Notes: generated by a model not told the origin, from the letters alone. Positions 14,179 through 38,815 are shown, counted from the stretch's first letter. The stretch: 64,000 nucleotides of DNA from the human T2T-CHM13v2.0 reference genome, Homo sapiens (GCF_009914755.1 NC_060925.1); one strand, 5' to 3'. A program made the numbers and translations.

Positions 14179-16740
14179 TTAGACAACCAAGATGTCATTT
14201 ACTAGGTTAAAGGATGAATGAACCATTAAATAATGAATAACTTATTGTCCTGTAGTATGATAAAAGATGAATAACTAGGTTAAAAGAACAATAGTATTTC
14301 AGACAATGGACTAGTACTCAACATTAAAGGAAATAAGCTAACAAACCACGAAAAGACATAGAAGAAACCTAAATGCATATTACTAAGTGAAAGAAGCCAA
14401 CCTGAAAAGGTTGCATACTGTATGATTCTAACAATACAACAGCCTGGAAAATGCAAAACTATGGAGACAGTAAAAAGATTAGTGTTTGCCAGGTAATGGG
14501 GAAGAGATAAATTAATAGGCAGAGCATAGAGGATTTTCAGTGCAGTAATAATTATTCTGTATAGTCTTGTAATGGTGGATACATATCATTATACACTTGT
14601 TTAAACAAGTATATATAACATACAATATACAACACCAAAATGAACTCTAATGTAAACTATGGTCTTTGTGTGATGACATGTCAATGTAGGTTCATGAATT
14701 GTACAAATGTATACTCTGGTGGGGGATGTTGTTAATGGGAGAGGCAATGTATGTACGGAGGCAGAGAATATATGGGAATTATCTGTACTTTCTGCTCAGT
14801 TTTGTTGGGAACTTAAAACTGCTCTAAAAATCAAGCAAATGTTTAAAATACGATAAACCCAAAAATATGTGAGAAAAAAATCCGACAGAATGAATAAGAG
14901 AAATAATTAGTTCAATTAAAATATTAAGGTAATAGAAACCTCCATTTACATCAGCACATATAACTAGATAGGAAGTCAGGAATGACACAGAAGACTTAAA
15001 CAAATCTATCAAGAAAGGTGACCTACTGACACTTATAGAACATTTCAACCAACTGCAAAATGGACATGCTTTTCACTTATACTTGAAACATTTTCCAGGT
15101 ATATCATGCTGTAGGCCAAAATTTTAAAAGAATTTAATTTATATAAACAATTAGGAATCAATTTAATATCTAAAAAACTAAATTAGGAACCAATAAGAAA
15201 TGAAAGCAGAAGTAAATCTATAAATATTTAGAAAATTAAATGTCTAAATAATCCAAAAAAGAAATCACAAGTGAGATTAGAAAATATTATGGACTGAATG
15301 AAAATAAAAATAAAATATTAACATTCACAAGAGAAGCTAACATAGTACATATAAAATATTTAAAAGTAAAAGCACATTTAGTGAAAAATTTAAAAGGCCT
15401 TGAATCCAAAACCTAAGCTTTCACTTTAAAAAGTGAGAAAAAATGAACTAAATCTCAAAATTAGAACCAATAGTGCAATAAAGTCCATAAAACCAAACTT
15501 GATTTTTGGAAAGATCAACGAAATTGTTAAATTAGCTAGACTGACCAAGAAAAAAATAAAAAGACACAATTTATTAAAATCAGCAAAAAAAGTAATGTCA
15601 CTACTGACCTCACAGAAATTTAAGATGATAAGGAAATACTATAAACAACTTTATATAAAAAATTGCAAAATCTAAATCAAAGAAAAATAATTGAAAAGAC
15701 AAAAATTGAAACTGACTCAAGAAAAAACAGAAAATTGAATTGGCTGATGACAAGTAAGGAAATTAAGTTGGTAGTTTAATGTGTTCCAACAAAGAAAATT
15801 CAGGACCAAGTTGCTTTATGGTTTTATTGTATTAGACATTCTAAGAAGAAATATTATTATTCTTTCACAAACTATTCTGGAAAACCAAAGAAAAGGGAAT
15901 ACATAGCCACTCATCTTATGAGACCAGTAATAGCACTATGCCGAAGCTAGGGAAAGACATCACAAGAAAAGAGATAATAGACAATATTCATCATAAATAT
16001 AAATATAAAACTATCAACAAAATAGTAGCAACCTAAGTTTACCAATATATAAAAATTATTATACGTGTAAAGCAAGTGAGATTTATCCCAAGAATACATC
16101 ACTTTCTTGCTATCTAAAATATATTAATGCGATAACCCATATTAATAGAACAAAGACAAAATTAGCACAATTGTGTCAACTGATGCAACAAGAAAGCATC
16201 TGAAAAAACCCAACATCCATTTGTAGTTCAGATTCTCAGAAACTGTTAACAGAAAGAAGCTTCTTCAACTTGAATAAGCCTAATGTTAAATTTTAATTAA
16301 TGATGAAAGACAAAAAATCTTTCAAAACTAGCAAGTGTAATAAACAAGAAAAATAATCATATCCACAGCTTTAGAATTGGAAAGAAAGAAGAAAAATTGC
16401 ATTTACCAATATCACTATTCCACACGTTAAAAATTGCAACAAATACACAAGAAAACAACTATAATTAATAATTGTACAGGATGAGAGATCAATATACAAA
16501 AATATATTTTATTTTTATGTGCCAGTAAGCAGAGAAAATTAGCTTAAAAAGCAATCATACAATAGCATAAGACAAATATTTAAGTATACGTTCAACAAAC
16601 AAAGTGCAAAGTTTGTACATTGCAAACTATAACACATTGCTGAGAGATAGTAAAGATCTAATTAAATGCAGACATATTCAATGTTTAAAGATGAGAAGAC
16701 CCAATGTTCATATAAACATTACTCTGAAATTATTTACAGA

Positions 16741-16839
16741 TTGATGGGTGCAGCAAACCACTATGGCACGTGTATACCTATGTAACAAACCTGCACGTTC
16801 TGCACATGTATCCCAGAACTTAAAGTATAATAAAAAAAA
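16741..16839 (+). mobile_element. ~100 bp L1PA (PA6-8-like) 3' tail
   Basis: ttgatgggtgcagcaaaccactatggcacgtgtatacctatgtaacaaacctgcacgttctgcacatgtatcccagaacttaaagtataataaaaaaaa. Confidence 0.9.
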
Positions 16840-17371
16840 TGAATCACAGACCCAAACCTAAGTAATAAAGCTATAAATTTATTTAGAAGAAATCTTAAAT
16901 AATATTTTTTCTGATCTTAAGTTAGGCAAAGATTTCTTGGGACACAAACATCACAGACCATTAAAGAAATATCATAAAATTGGTCTTCATTAAAATTACA
17001 AAAACTTATACTTTAAAAGGAATCAATACAATGGGAAAACGCAAACTACACAGTAAGAGAAAATATTTACAAATCACGTATCTTATAAAGTAATTGCATC
17101 AAGAACATAAAAAGAATTCTTACAACTCAATGATAACAAGATGAGTAACCCAATTAAAACTAGGCTAAAGATTTGAATGTATATTCCCCCAAAGGACATA
17201 TCCAAATGTTAAATAAGCACGTGTAATCAAGTGCAATTCATTAGTCATGAGAAATACAATATTGTTAGTTAACAGGGAGATTACAGTAAGATACTACTTT
17301 GCAAATGCTAGAATAATAATAAAAAAGACAGTATCAAGTGTTGCAGAATACATGGAGGAGCTAAAACCATC

Positions 17372-17734
17372 TGTTATGATCTAAATCTTGGTGTCACCCA
17401 TAAAATTCATATTTTATAACCCAATACCCAATGTAACAGTATTAACAGGTGGGGCCTTTAGAAAGTGATTAAGTCATGAGGTCTCCACCTTCATGATTAT
17501 AATAAGTAACCTGATAAAAGAGATTCAAGTGAGCCTCCTTGCCTCTTCCACCATGTGAGGATGTAGCAACAACATAATATGTATGAAGTAGAGGGCGAGC
17601 TCTTAACAGGAATTAGATCTGCTTATGCCTTGATCTCAGACTTCTCAGTCTCCAAAGCTGTAGGCAATCAACTTCTGTTGTTAAATTACTCAGTCTAAGG
17701 TATTTTGTTATTGGAGCCCAAATGGACTAAGGCA
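17372..17734 (+). mobile_element. MLT1A/MLT1A0-like MaLR solo LTR
   Basis: tgttatgatctaaat...aatggactaaggca, ~360 bp; 5-bp TSD ccatc/ctatc. Confidence 0.85.
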
Positions 17735-17999
17735 CTATCTTACATTGCTGATGACAAAGTAAAAACAGTAAGTATCATAAAAAGATAAACATATATTTAC
17801 CATGTTTCTTAGTAATTTAATCCTAGATATCTGCCCAACAGTGATGGTAAAATATGTCCACACAAAGAATTATACATTCATAATTATAACATCATTATTC
17901 ATAGTGTTGTTCCCAAACCAGAAAGAACTAAAAAGTTCATCAGCTGGTAAACAGATAAATAAAATGTGATATAGTCAATGAATATACTACAGTTCAATT

Positions 18000-23200
<5,201 letters not shown>

Positions 23201-24479
23201 GATAGGTTTTAAGTAGTAGTAGTACTTTTTTAGTAGTAAAATGTGGTATATTCAATAAAATTTTAATCAGCAGATTCTAGGTTTGCTTTTTATGAGCAAT
23301 TTTAGACAAACAAGATAGCTGTTAAAAAAGTAGTCCATAAGAAGACTCCCCAGCTAGTGAATAAATGTGTATTTCTGGACTTCTGTCTTTAGTATATTTA
23401 GTAATAAATTAATCTAGGTCACCTTTCTTTGTTTAAAATGTTATATACCAGTAAAGAGAGAATAAAATATAAGGTTGGTATTAAATTTTTATATCCCATC
23501 ATAAAAATTTATAGTGTAAATTCAGAAAAAATTTTACTTTGTTTCTCCGTAGCTTAATAAAGGTTTTATTCCATCTGGAAGTCCATATTGTCTAACACAA
23601 TATCAACCCAGGTAGTTGAATGATAACTACAAGTCACCTTTATCAGTCTGCATTTGCAGCTCTCAGAATCATGAATGGTCCTGTATATTGGCCCATGCAT
23701 ACAATCACTTCATTGCCTGTTAATGTAGTTAAGCCTTGAGGATGTAACTACTAAGATGCGTATTATTTTATTATAAATTACTTTCTTTAATTTTGCTATT
23801 TTTCCCCTCTTAGGACAATATATCATTTCTGTTTTGTAATTTGGGGGGAAGTTTATATTATCTATTAATTTAATACAGAAAAACAAAGGAAGTCTTTGAA
23901 ATTACTTATTATTTAAAAAGAGGTGCATTGTGCCTGATATGGATGAGAAATATTCATAATCTTTGTAAATCTTCTCTTTTACTACGTGCAGTTCCATTCC
24001 CATCTCCAACCCCACCTTTAAATCAAAGGTACTCATCCTTCAAGTATCCACTTTGTGAAACATTTAGTAATTTAGTCCATCAGAAGTAGGTAATTTTTTT
24101 ATGTTTTCCTCAATTTATTAAATGCTTCTACTGCTGAATTTTTTTTTAATATTTTGTACTAGTTGGTTGCCCATCTCCTATTGGAAACCCAAGAGTCTAG
24201 AGAACATGAATGAGACATTTAAATCTTACTTTTTCTTGAATGTATAATTGTTTTGGTCAAAGCATTTAGTGATAAGTTAATGTTTGTTAAATAAATGATA
24301 TTTAATAAAGAAAAATCTGTTAATTTAATATAAATTTTCGGTTGTGTTTTTTCTACATTATAAAATACAAATATCTTTATTGGTGTATTAAAAAACCTTC
24401 ACATATATTGAAAATATATTTTGTTAAATTTAATCTAGGAAGTTAGGATACGGCAACTTTATGCATAAAACCTGATCTT

Positions 24480-24785
<306 letters not shown>

Positions 24786-27700
24786 TCATTTAATCCTACC
24801 TTTAAAGACCTTAATTCCATATTAGATATCCTATATCTTAGTTCCATCTTACATATTCCATATCTTTGGTACCATAATAAAACTCTGGGTGCATAATTAC
24901 ATTCTATGTAAAACAATTATCAAATTAAATAGTAAGGATAATTTTTCTCATGTTCATTTGCTTTTACAAATGTAAGTGACATGCAATCACTTTAAGTGTA
25001 TATGTATCATCTTTCACAAATGTCTATCATTTTCTAATCTGACATTCTCATATTGATATTTTTATATTCCATAGTTTCATAAGTTTCAAAAATGAAGTGC
25101 TTATCTCATAAATTATAAATACATTAAATATTTCTTTTTAAACTATGCTTTATTCCTAAAACTGAGTCCTTGTATTTTAACATAAATAAGCCCTTAGTCT
25201 TCATAAGTATGTAATAAATAATGTACAGTGACAGCGTACACTGATAAAAATCTCACCTTTAACAACCCACATTTCCACTTAGAGAACTACTAAATTGTTA
25301 AGTGAGAAGTGATATAATTGATTTTAACATTGTTTCTGTCTTGTAATGTCAGCAACCTAACTTGCTTCAAACCCAAGTGCATCTTAATCATTATATTCAA
25401 AGACAATTGCTCGACTCCCCCACCCTCAAAGCATTCTTGGCTTCCCTCCACTTTGTTTCTTTAACACTGTTAGTTATTTTCTAGACCCTCTTGGGTAAAA
25501 ATCTAGTTAATATGCAGATCATCTCTCTTTGTAATCAGTACTTCTGAAAGGTTATTACCATTGTTCTCCAAGGACCCTACAAATCCTGAATCAGGAGGCA
25601 ATACCATGCCAACCTAATTATTCTTTGCCCTCAGCCTCACTTCAATGACAAAATAATATACCATTCACTATCAGTGCAATCAGTGATAGTTCACTAATTT
25701 ATTGTTTCACGTTTTTACAATAGCACATACACATAATATATACAGCTGTATATACTTTTGAAGACACACATTGATATGCAATATTTAAAATATTTATACT
25801 ATATTAAGTTCTGCTAAATTGGTTAGCTATGCATGTTTCACAAAGAGATAGTCTATTTCATTAGGCAGTCCTTCTGGGAAAGCCTGTTCATATATTTTTT
25901 CTCTAAAGAATTGCAAGCCTGATAGCTCTATAACAAGTGCAAGATGCTCCATATTATTTAAAATACTGTCACAGGGAAGTACAACCTGTTCAAAATCCTC
26001 TGTGTCCTGCTCAAGTCATTAATTAGCTTATTTTTAAAGGAACATTAAAATCAGAAGGGAAGAGTAGAATGCACTGATAGGAAATTTCTAAACTCTTTTT
26101 AGGAATTTAGAGTTCCTTCTCTTTACAAAAGCATAGCAACCTTACAAAAAGTGTTTCATAGACTATTAAAGGGTTAAAGACTATAAAATAATAAGCAGAA
26201 GTTTGTCACATAAATTTGAGCCCAATATGTGGTGATACGTAGGCTAAATCTAGCCAAAGAAAAATAAAAGAAAAAGTGTTTCTATATATAGATAAATTTG
26301 TAACATTCTCTGGCTCAGAAAATTCTTGATTCTATATTGTGGGTTATTTAATATGCTATTTACTCCAATTTGCATAATAATGCTACATGGTGTTTTGTAC
26401 TAGTATTTAATAGTTACAGGAAAAATGTTTAATATATCTTCTTAAACAAGTTGGTGGTATCCTTATGCTATATTTCACATTTTGCAAAAAACAAAGCACT
26501 TTAATAAATCCTAAATGCTTTATACAGAGGAAAAAACACACTTGAGAGGCAAAAAGGAAAATTACTAGTTAGAAAAGGTCAAGAAGCTAACTCTGTTCAT
26601 AACAGAAATAGTGCAAGTAACCTGTTTTCTCACCATAGTTAAAGAAAACGAATCATATCATCAAGCTAGTGGGAAAAAGGGCACTGAAAACCCATCATAC
26701 TTGACATTAATGTTTTCTTGTATTATTTAAAATCATTTTTAATAAGATAATGATATTTTAAATGATAAATCAGAATTTATTTTGGCTATAACAGTCTAAT
26801 TAAGTTAGATATTTATGAATTATTTGTTTTCAAATTGTTGTCTTTGCAAAAATGAATTCACTTAAAATTGAGCACTCACTTATTTCAACTTAGACCTCAA
26901 AAATAACCATCCTATACAGTGGATATATTAGCTTAGAGTTTATGTTTCTTTCATGCTTTTCAACAATGTGTAAAACAACTTTAATATAGGAGACAAGAGA
27001 ATCTTAGTTGTTTTCATTCCTGTTAAAATTGGTGAAAGGCAGAGAGTTTCACTGTAGATTAATTCCCTTGCCTCCCTCCTTCCTCCCTTCTTTTCCATTT
27101 TTCTTTTAATTTCCTTTTTTCCACCCCTCTCTCTTCTTTACATGCTCCATAGTATCTGCCTAAAATAACTAATTTACTCTCATGGCTTCACTGATCACAT
27201 CACGAAATCTATGTCTCAAATTCTGATACTTCTCCATTGACTCTTGTTTTCTCTACTGGTTTTCAACATTGAGACTGTTTATTTTAAGTGCTATAGAAAC
27301 TTTGTTTACAGCTGCTAATTTTGAAATAAAAAATTTTAAAGTTTAAAACTAGTATGGAATTAAAACCCATATTAGGACTCAGACATCACATTCAGGCTGA
27401 GTTACATTAAATTTCAAGATGCTTGTTTTATAAAATGTACAAGTTTGAAAGGGTGTGCATGTCCAGCTGAAATATGTGAAAGAAAAACATGTTACTCATG
27501 TAAGAATATGTCAAATTTAGATATATAAATATACTTTAATATTTAGAATATTTAATTACATAATTCAGTATTCCTATTTTCTCAAATCTTTAAACTTTTG
27601 ATAAAATATTATTCCCATGAAATATTCCTATTCAAATGCACAATCCCAATAAATAAATGAAATTGCTTTCCATAATGTCAAAGTAATAAAAAATAATTAT

Positions 27701-29077
27701 TTAATATTACAATCCAGGTACTTACCATATTGTTCTAAAATCAAAGGTGTTCTCTGAGTAAAACTTGTTAATTTAATTCATCATTAGGGATATTATTTTG
27801 AGTAATTTAATATTACAAAGTGAATAGTATGCATAAAACAGTAAAGTTCTCAAAACTTGCAACTAATTTGCTTCTTTGATACATTATAATGAAAGGAAGT
27901 CTGGTTTATTCATTGAAAAAGTTGAAAGTGTACTAGGAAAGAACTAATGCTAGTTCTTTTGAATACACCCTTAGGGACATAACTGTGACTTCATCATATG
28001 TCTACCTATTAAAAAATACATTATGGATATTTTTGAGTGTTTCATGGAAGTCGTTATATCAAAAAAAGTAAAAGTAAGGCTCAGAGATGGTAATGTATCA
28101 ATTCTATACTACAAAGTGAAGATATGTCTGCCATTAAGTAGTATGGAGTTACTGAGGCTAACACTAGTCTTAGTCACAAGGTAAAAAGGATAGAAGCTTA
28201 GCACATAAAGTACAGCATGCCATTAACTCTCTTAAAATAAATAAATAAATAAATAAAAGCCTGGACAAAAAAAGGAACCACAGAAAGGCATTCATGGGTA
28301 AATTGGAATATATTGTAAACATGTGGCTCTGAATCTGGTTAATTTTACATTTCAGTGCCCATCTATTAAATATCTTGACTGATGGCTTAACTGATTTACT
28401 TAGCTATCATAATATTCTTATCAGACCTTCCATATCTAAAGATTGTCTGTATTACAGAGTTATTGATGATGATTTCATGGCGCTTCCACTATTACCCTAT
28501 TTATCTTTTTGTTCTAAATTTAATATTGACACACATTATAATTTTTGTCCCTTTTGTCCCATGTTCCCTTTTCCACCTCTGCAATTAATCTTTCAGAGAA
28601 AATTTCTTTTTCATTATTGTAACACCCCAAGGCCTATCAAATTGCATTACATGATGAAAATAAAATATATAAATTAATGAAGGTATGATTAGCCCCCACT
28701 GGTTGGCCCCCATCAATATTATTAATTTTCATGGACATAAATTATTTCTACTTTCTTCCTTGTTTATAATTGCTAATTTTAAACAAATGAGGTTATTTTT
28801 TCCACATTTACTCTCCAAACTACAGTAAGCAGAGTCAGGATGTGTCAACAAAGAACTATTCCAAGAGTATTTGTTAGCGGAAATTATACAAATTTCAGAT
28901 AGTTTATTCCTTAAATAGCTTATTGAGAGAAGTTGCAATGTTTGTGGAATAGTTACATAATGTATTTTTTTTTGTTAAGTTACCAAGCACGATAGCCTAT
29001 GTTGAATCCATTGCAGACAATTAGATGTTTCTTTAGATGTTGCTGTGACCTCAATTTAGCAGATGGTATAGAACCTG

Positions 29078-31305
29078 ATAATCATCTCAATAAATGCAGA
29101 AAAAGCATTTGATAAAATTCAACTCCTCTTCATGACAAACACCCTCAACAAACTAGGACTGGAAGGAACATACTTCAAAATAATAAAACTCATATACAAT
29201 AATCCCACAGCCAACATCATATTGAACAAGGAAAAGTTGAAACCATTCCTCCTTAAGAACTGGAACAAGACAAAGTTGTCTACTTTCACCACTTCTATTT
29301 ACCATAATACTGGAAGTCCTAGCTACAGAAATAAGGTAAAAGAAAGAATTAAAAGGCATTCAAATTGGAAAAGAGGAAGTCAAATTAGCTCTGTTCCCTG
29401 ATGATATGATCTTAAACCTAGGAAACTCTAAGGACTCCTCCAAAAGACCCATAGACTTGATAAATAACTTCAGTAAAGTTTTGGGATACAAAATCAATGT
29501 TCAAAAATCAGTAATATTTTTATATAACAATAATATTCAAGCTAAGAATGAAATCAATAATCCTGTTTGCAATAGCCACACAAAAAATAAAATGAAATAA
29601 AATACCCAGGAATATACCTAACGAAGGAAACAAAACAGATCTACAAGGAGGACTACAAAATACTGATAGAAGAAATCATAGATGACAAAAAGAAGTGGCA
29701 AAACATCCCATGCTCACAGATTTTAAGAATTAATACCATTGAAATTACCACACTGCGCAAAGCAATGTACAGATTCAATGCAATTCCTATAAAATTACCA
29801 ATGTCATTTGTCACAGAATTAGAAAAAATTCTAAAAATTCGTATAGAATAAAAATAGCCAAAGTAATCCTAAGCAAAAATAACAAAGCCAGAGGCATATC
29901 ACCTGACTTCAAATGATGCTACAAGGCTATAGTAACCAAAACAGCATGGGTTACTGGTACAAAAATAAAAACATGGACCAATGGAACATAACAGAGAACC
30001 CAGAAATAAAGCCACATACCTAAAACCAAATAATCTTGAAAAAAGCTGACCAAATTATACAATGGGGAAAAGACATCCTGTTCAATAAATGGTGCTGGGA
30101 AAACCATCTAGCCACATGCAGAAGAATGAAACTGAACCCCTCCCTATATCTCACTATATGCAAAAGTTAACTTAAAATTAATAAAAGACTTGAATGTAAG
30201 TCCTGAAAATATAAAAATTCTAGAAGATTATCTAGGAAAATTCTTCTAGACATTGGCCTAGGCAAGAAATTTAGGACTAAGACCTCAAAAACAAATGCAA
30301 CAAAACCAAAAATAGACAAATTGGACCACAATCAAACTAAATAGCTCCTGCACAGCAATAGAAATAATCAACAGAGTAAACGGACAACCTACAAAAATTA
30401 GAGAAAATATTTGCAAACTATGCATCCAAGAAAGGACCAGTATCTAAAATCTACAATGAACTCTACTCAACAAGATAAAAATCATATAACTACATTCAAA
30501 ATTGGACAAAGGATATGAACAGACTTTTCTCAAAAGAAGACATGCAAACAACCAAAAAAAAATACAAAAAATTCTCAACATCATTAATCATCAAAGAAAT
30601 GCAAAGTAAAACCACAATGAGAAAACCATCTCACATTAGTCAGAATGGCTATTACTAAAATCAACAGATGTTCGTGAAGATGTGGATAAAAGGCAATGCT
30701 TATACACTGTTGGTTGGAATGTAAATTAGCACAACCTGTATGGATGGAGATTTCTCGAAGAACTAAAATAGAACTAACTAAATCCAGCCATCCCACTACT
30801 GGGTATCTACTGAAAGGAAAATTAATTGTTATATAAAAAAGACACCTACATTCATATGTTAATTGCAGCATTATTTCTAACAACAAAATCATAAAAGGAA
30901 TCTAAGTATCCATCAATGGATGTTTGAATAAAGAAAATATGGTATACATACTTCACGGAATACTATGCATCCATAAAAAAGAATGAAAACAAGTTTATTG
31001 CAGCAACATAGATACAGCCTGAGAGCATTATCTTCAATAAAGTAACTCAGAAACTGAGAATCAAATAGCACATGTTTTCACTTATAAGTGAGAGCTAAAG
31101 AAAGGGTACACATGGACATAAAGATGGAAATAATAGACACTGAGGACTCCAAAAAAGGGAAGATTAGAGGAGTTTTAAAAATTACCTGTTGGGTACAATG
31201 TTCACTATTTGGGTTACAGGGACACTAGAAGCCCAAACTTCACCCCTGGGCAATATATTTTTGTTAAGTTAGCTGAACATGTATCCCCTGAATCAATTTT
31301 TTAAA
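29078..31305 (+). mobile_element. 5'-truncated L1PB-type element
   Basis: ORF2 remnants ([15 protein letters not shown], 29132-29401); 3'UTR gggtacaatgttcactatttggg...cactagaagccc. Confidence 0.85.
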
Positions 31306-31409
31306 ATATTAATTTACTTTTAAAATCTATAGTTAGTATGATTGTTATGATATTCACTGCTAGAGTTTTATCCCACTACCAAAATATAAACAATGCCCAT
31401 AAGAGGGAA

Positions 31410-31645
31410 CTAATGACATTGAAAAAGGACTAGCCTTGAAGTCAATTGATCTGAATCTACCTCCTAGATCTGCAGGTACTAGTTTAATGTAACTTTTAAG
31501 TTTACTTCTATGGATCTCAATATATTCATCTGTAGAATAGCAATTTCAATTAAACGTCTCTCCACTCCCCCTGCATTACACCTGTAAATTTTAAGTTAGA
31601 TAATTGTGTAAAAACACCTAAAATAATACATAGTAAATCATTTAA
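31410..31645 (+). mobile_element. MIR remnant
   Basis: ggatctcaatatattcatctgtagaatagcaat, a degenerate MIR core. Confidence 0.45.
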
Positions 31646-31660
31646 AAGTACTGCATCTTT

Positions 31661-31965
31661 GGCCAGGGATGGTGGCTCATGCCTGTAATCCCGGCACCTT
31701 GGGGGGGCCGAGATGGGCGTATCACCTGAGGTCAGGAGTTCAAGACCAGCCTGGCCAAAATGGCGAAACCCGTCTCTACTAAAATACAAAAATTAGCTGG
31801 GTGTGGTGGCACACGCTTGTCATGCTAGCTACCCAGGAGGCTGAGGCAAGAGAATCACTGGAACCTGGGAGACAGAGGCTGCACAGAGCCAAGATGGCAC
31901 CACTGTACTCCAGCCTGGGTGAAAGAGCAAGACTCTGTCTCAAAAAAAAAAAAAAGAAAAAAAAA
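31661..31965 (+). mobile_element. AluSx/Sz-like
   Basis: Full Alu with atcacctgaggtcaggagttc; partial TSD aaaagtact. Confidence 0.95.
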
Positions 31966-32141
31966 GTACTATTTTTTAATTATAAATATTTATTTTTATT
32001 TAATTTTAGCATATAAAAATAATACTGGAAGTGGGCATCCTTATTGTTATGCCACAAGTAAGGACTGCCAATTCCTAAATCTCTCATCAATATTTCTGAG
32101 TTCTAGATATTCAGCTACATATATCTTTAGCTTACTGTCCC

Positions 32142-32555
32142 TATATTAGTCTGTTCTCACAGCGCTATAAAGCAATATCTGAGTTTGGATAATTTATAAG
32201 GAAAAGAGGTTTATTTGCCTCACCATTCTGTAGGCTGTACAGGAAGCATAATTCTGGCATCCACTTGTCTTCTCCGGTTGTCTCAGGACACCTAAAATCA
32301 TGGCAGAAGGCAAAGGAGAAGCTGGAATGTCTTACACGGCTGGCTCAGGAAGAGGAGAGATGGTGGAGGTGCTACACACTTTTAAACAACAGGATCTCAT
32401 GAAAATTATATGATGAACACAGACTAGGAGGATGGTGCTAAACATTTAAAAACCACCCCCATGATCTAATCACCTCCAACCAGGCCCCATCTCTAGGACT
32501 GGGGATTAAATTACATCATGAGATTTCGGTGAGGACACAGATACAAACCATCTGA
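32142..32555 (-). mobile_element. MSTA-like MaLR solo LTR
   Basis: tatattagtctgttctcac...ggctgtacaggaagcat...gaggacacagatacaaaccatc. Confidence 0.85.
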
Positions 32556-32703
32556 GTTCCTCAGGCATGTCAAACCTAAGTATGTCTGCACTGAATTCAC
32601 ATTGTAGTTTTGATATTGAGAAGCATTTCTGATCCAGACATCAAGAGAGAACTTTTGGATCTCATGCAAGAATCTGGGGTGAGTCCATAGAGTAAAGTGA
32701 AAT

Positions 32704-37505
<4,802 letters not shown>

Positions 37506-37639
37506 GTAAAGGAATAAAAGAATGGCTACTCCATAGGCAGAGCAGTGGCATGAGGTGTTCAACTGAGTATACTTATAGTTGACTATATCCTAAACAAGAG
37601 GTGGATTATTCAAAAGTTTTTCAGGAAAGGGGTGAGCAA

Positions 37640-37648
37640 TTCCCAGAA
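37640..37648. promoter_or_regulatory. GAS (STAT1) motif TTCCCAGAA in MER41B
   Basis: Matches TTCN3GAA; second copy at ~37619-37627 is degenerate (tttcaggaa). Confidence 0.55.
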
Positions 37649-38049
37649 CTGAGGGTTTCTCCCCATTTTAGACGATATAGGGTAATTTCCTGATGTTTCC
37701 ATGACATTTGTAAATTGTCATGGTGCTGGTGGGAGTGTTATTTAGCATTCTAATGTATTAGGATTAGAGTATACTGAGCAGTGAGGATGACCAGACGTCA
37801 CTTTCGTTGCCATCTTAATTTTGCCAGGTTTTGGTTGGACTCTTGACCAGATCCTGTTTTATCAGCAAAGTCTTTGTGACCTGTGTCTTGTGTTGACCTC
37901 CTATCTCATCCTGTGGCTAAGAATGCATAACCTTCTAAAAATGCAGCCCAGTAGGTCTCTTCATTATTTGACCCAGCTCCTATTCAAGATGGAGTTGCTC
38001 TGGTTCAAACACTCTTGACAATACCCTCCTCCCACTGTATCTATACTAC

Positions 38050-38815
38050 CTCCCTAAATCTAACCTTCCATTTGCAATCTCTCCTGCTACTAATGATTCC
38101 ATTATCTATTCATTTACTTGCGCCAGATAATCTTCCTTGATTCATCCTTTTCCAATATTTCTCACATCTCTATCATCACTGTTCTTTCCTGAAGCCAATT
38201 TGTGCTAATTATGACAATAGTCTCTTTCTTAACTTCCTGGTATCTAACATTTCCCCTGTTATACATTCTATACTTTGCAAATAGGCTAATGTTTATCAAC
38301 TTTACACCTGATCATATATCTCCCCTGATTAACTCCTTTATAATTCCCCATTGCCTTAAAGAGAAAATATAAATGAAATAGCACAATATAAAGAAACTTC
38401 ATAATTAAACTTTTCATCTTTGTAGCGTTGGTGTCTTCTAGCCACATAAATATTTCCAGTGCCAAAAATTAAATTTCTAGATCCTTGTACATGATTTCCT
38501 CTAAATACAATTTCCTTTACCTAGCTTATTTTTCTCACCCTTAATATTTTATTAGCGATCAGCTCAAGTATCATCTTTTTTGCAAAGGAACTGCTTATTC
38601 TCTCTACCTCCTTTTCTCCCCCAACAAACACATTTTTGATTACATATCCTTCCTACATGGTTCTGAAAGACTTCTTTGATTTATTTTTACTCTTATCCCT
38701 CTACACTGCAGTAATTGATCTCCAACATTAATCTGTGAGGTCTTTGAATACATGGAGCCATATCATATTCATATTTATATGTATTGTTGAATGAATAGAA
38801 TAAATAATGAATGGA
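38050..38815 (+). mobile_element. L2 remnant (probably continuous with pieces at ~32060-32140 and 32556-32600)
   Basis: tgatcatatatctcccctgattaactcctttataattccccattgcc; ends tattgttgaatgaatagaataaataatgaatg. Confidence 0.55.

Larger units (their letters stand above)
7880..14830 (+). mobile_element. L1MC1-like 3' portion in three pieces (~7880-8195, ~12735-13170, ~14180-14830)
   Basis: Colinear ORF2-end and 3'UTR sequence resumes after each insert; terminus taatgtaaactatggtctttg...gaacttaaaactgctctaaaaa. Confidence 0.75.
14850..17990 (+). mobile_element. Ancient L1M ORF2/3' region, interrupted at 16741-16839 and 17372-17734
   Basis: Degenerate A-rich ORF2: gacctactgacacttatagaac (EN), KLARLTKKK in ORF 15433-15675, gagatttatcccaagaat (RT). 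Confidence 0.75.

Noticed and set aside
28688-28708. CTCF-like motif (revcomp ggccaaccagtgggggcta)
   Set aside because: Mismatches at core positions; not supportable without ChIP data
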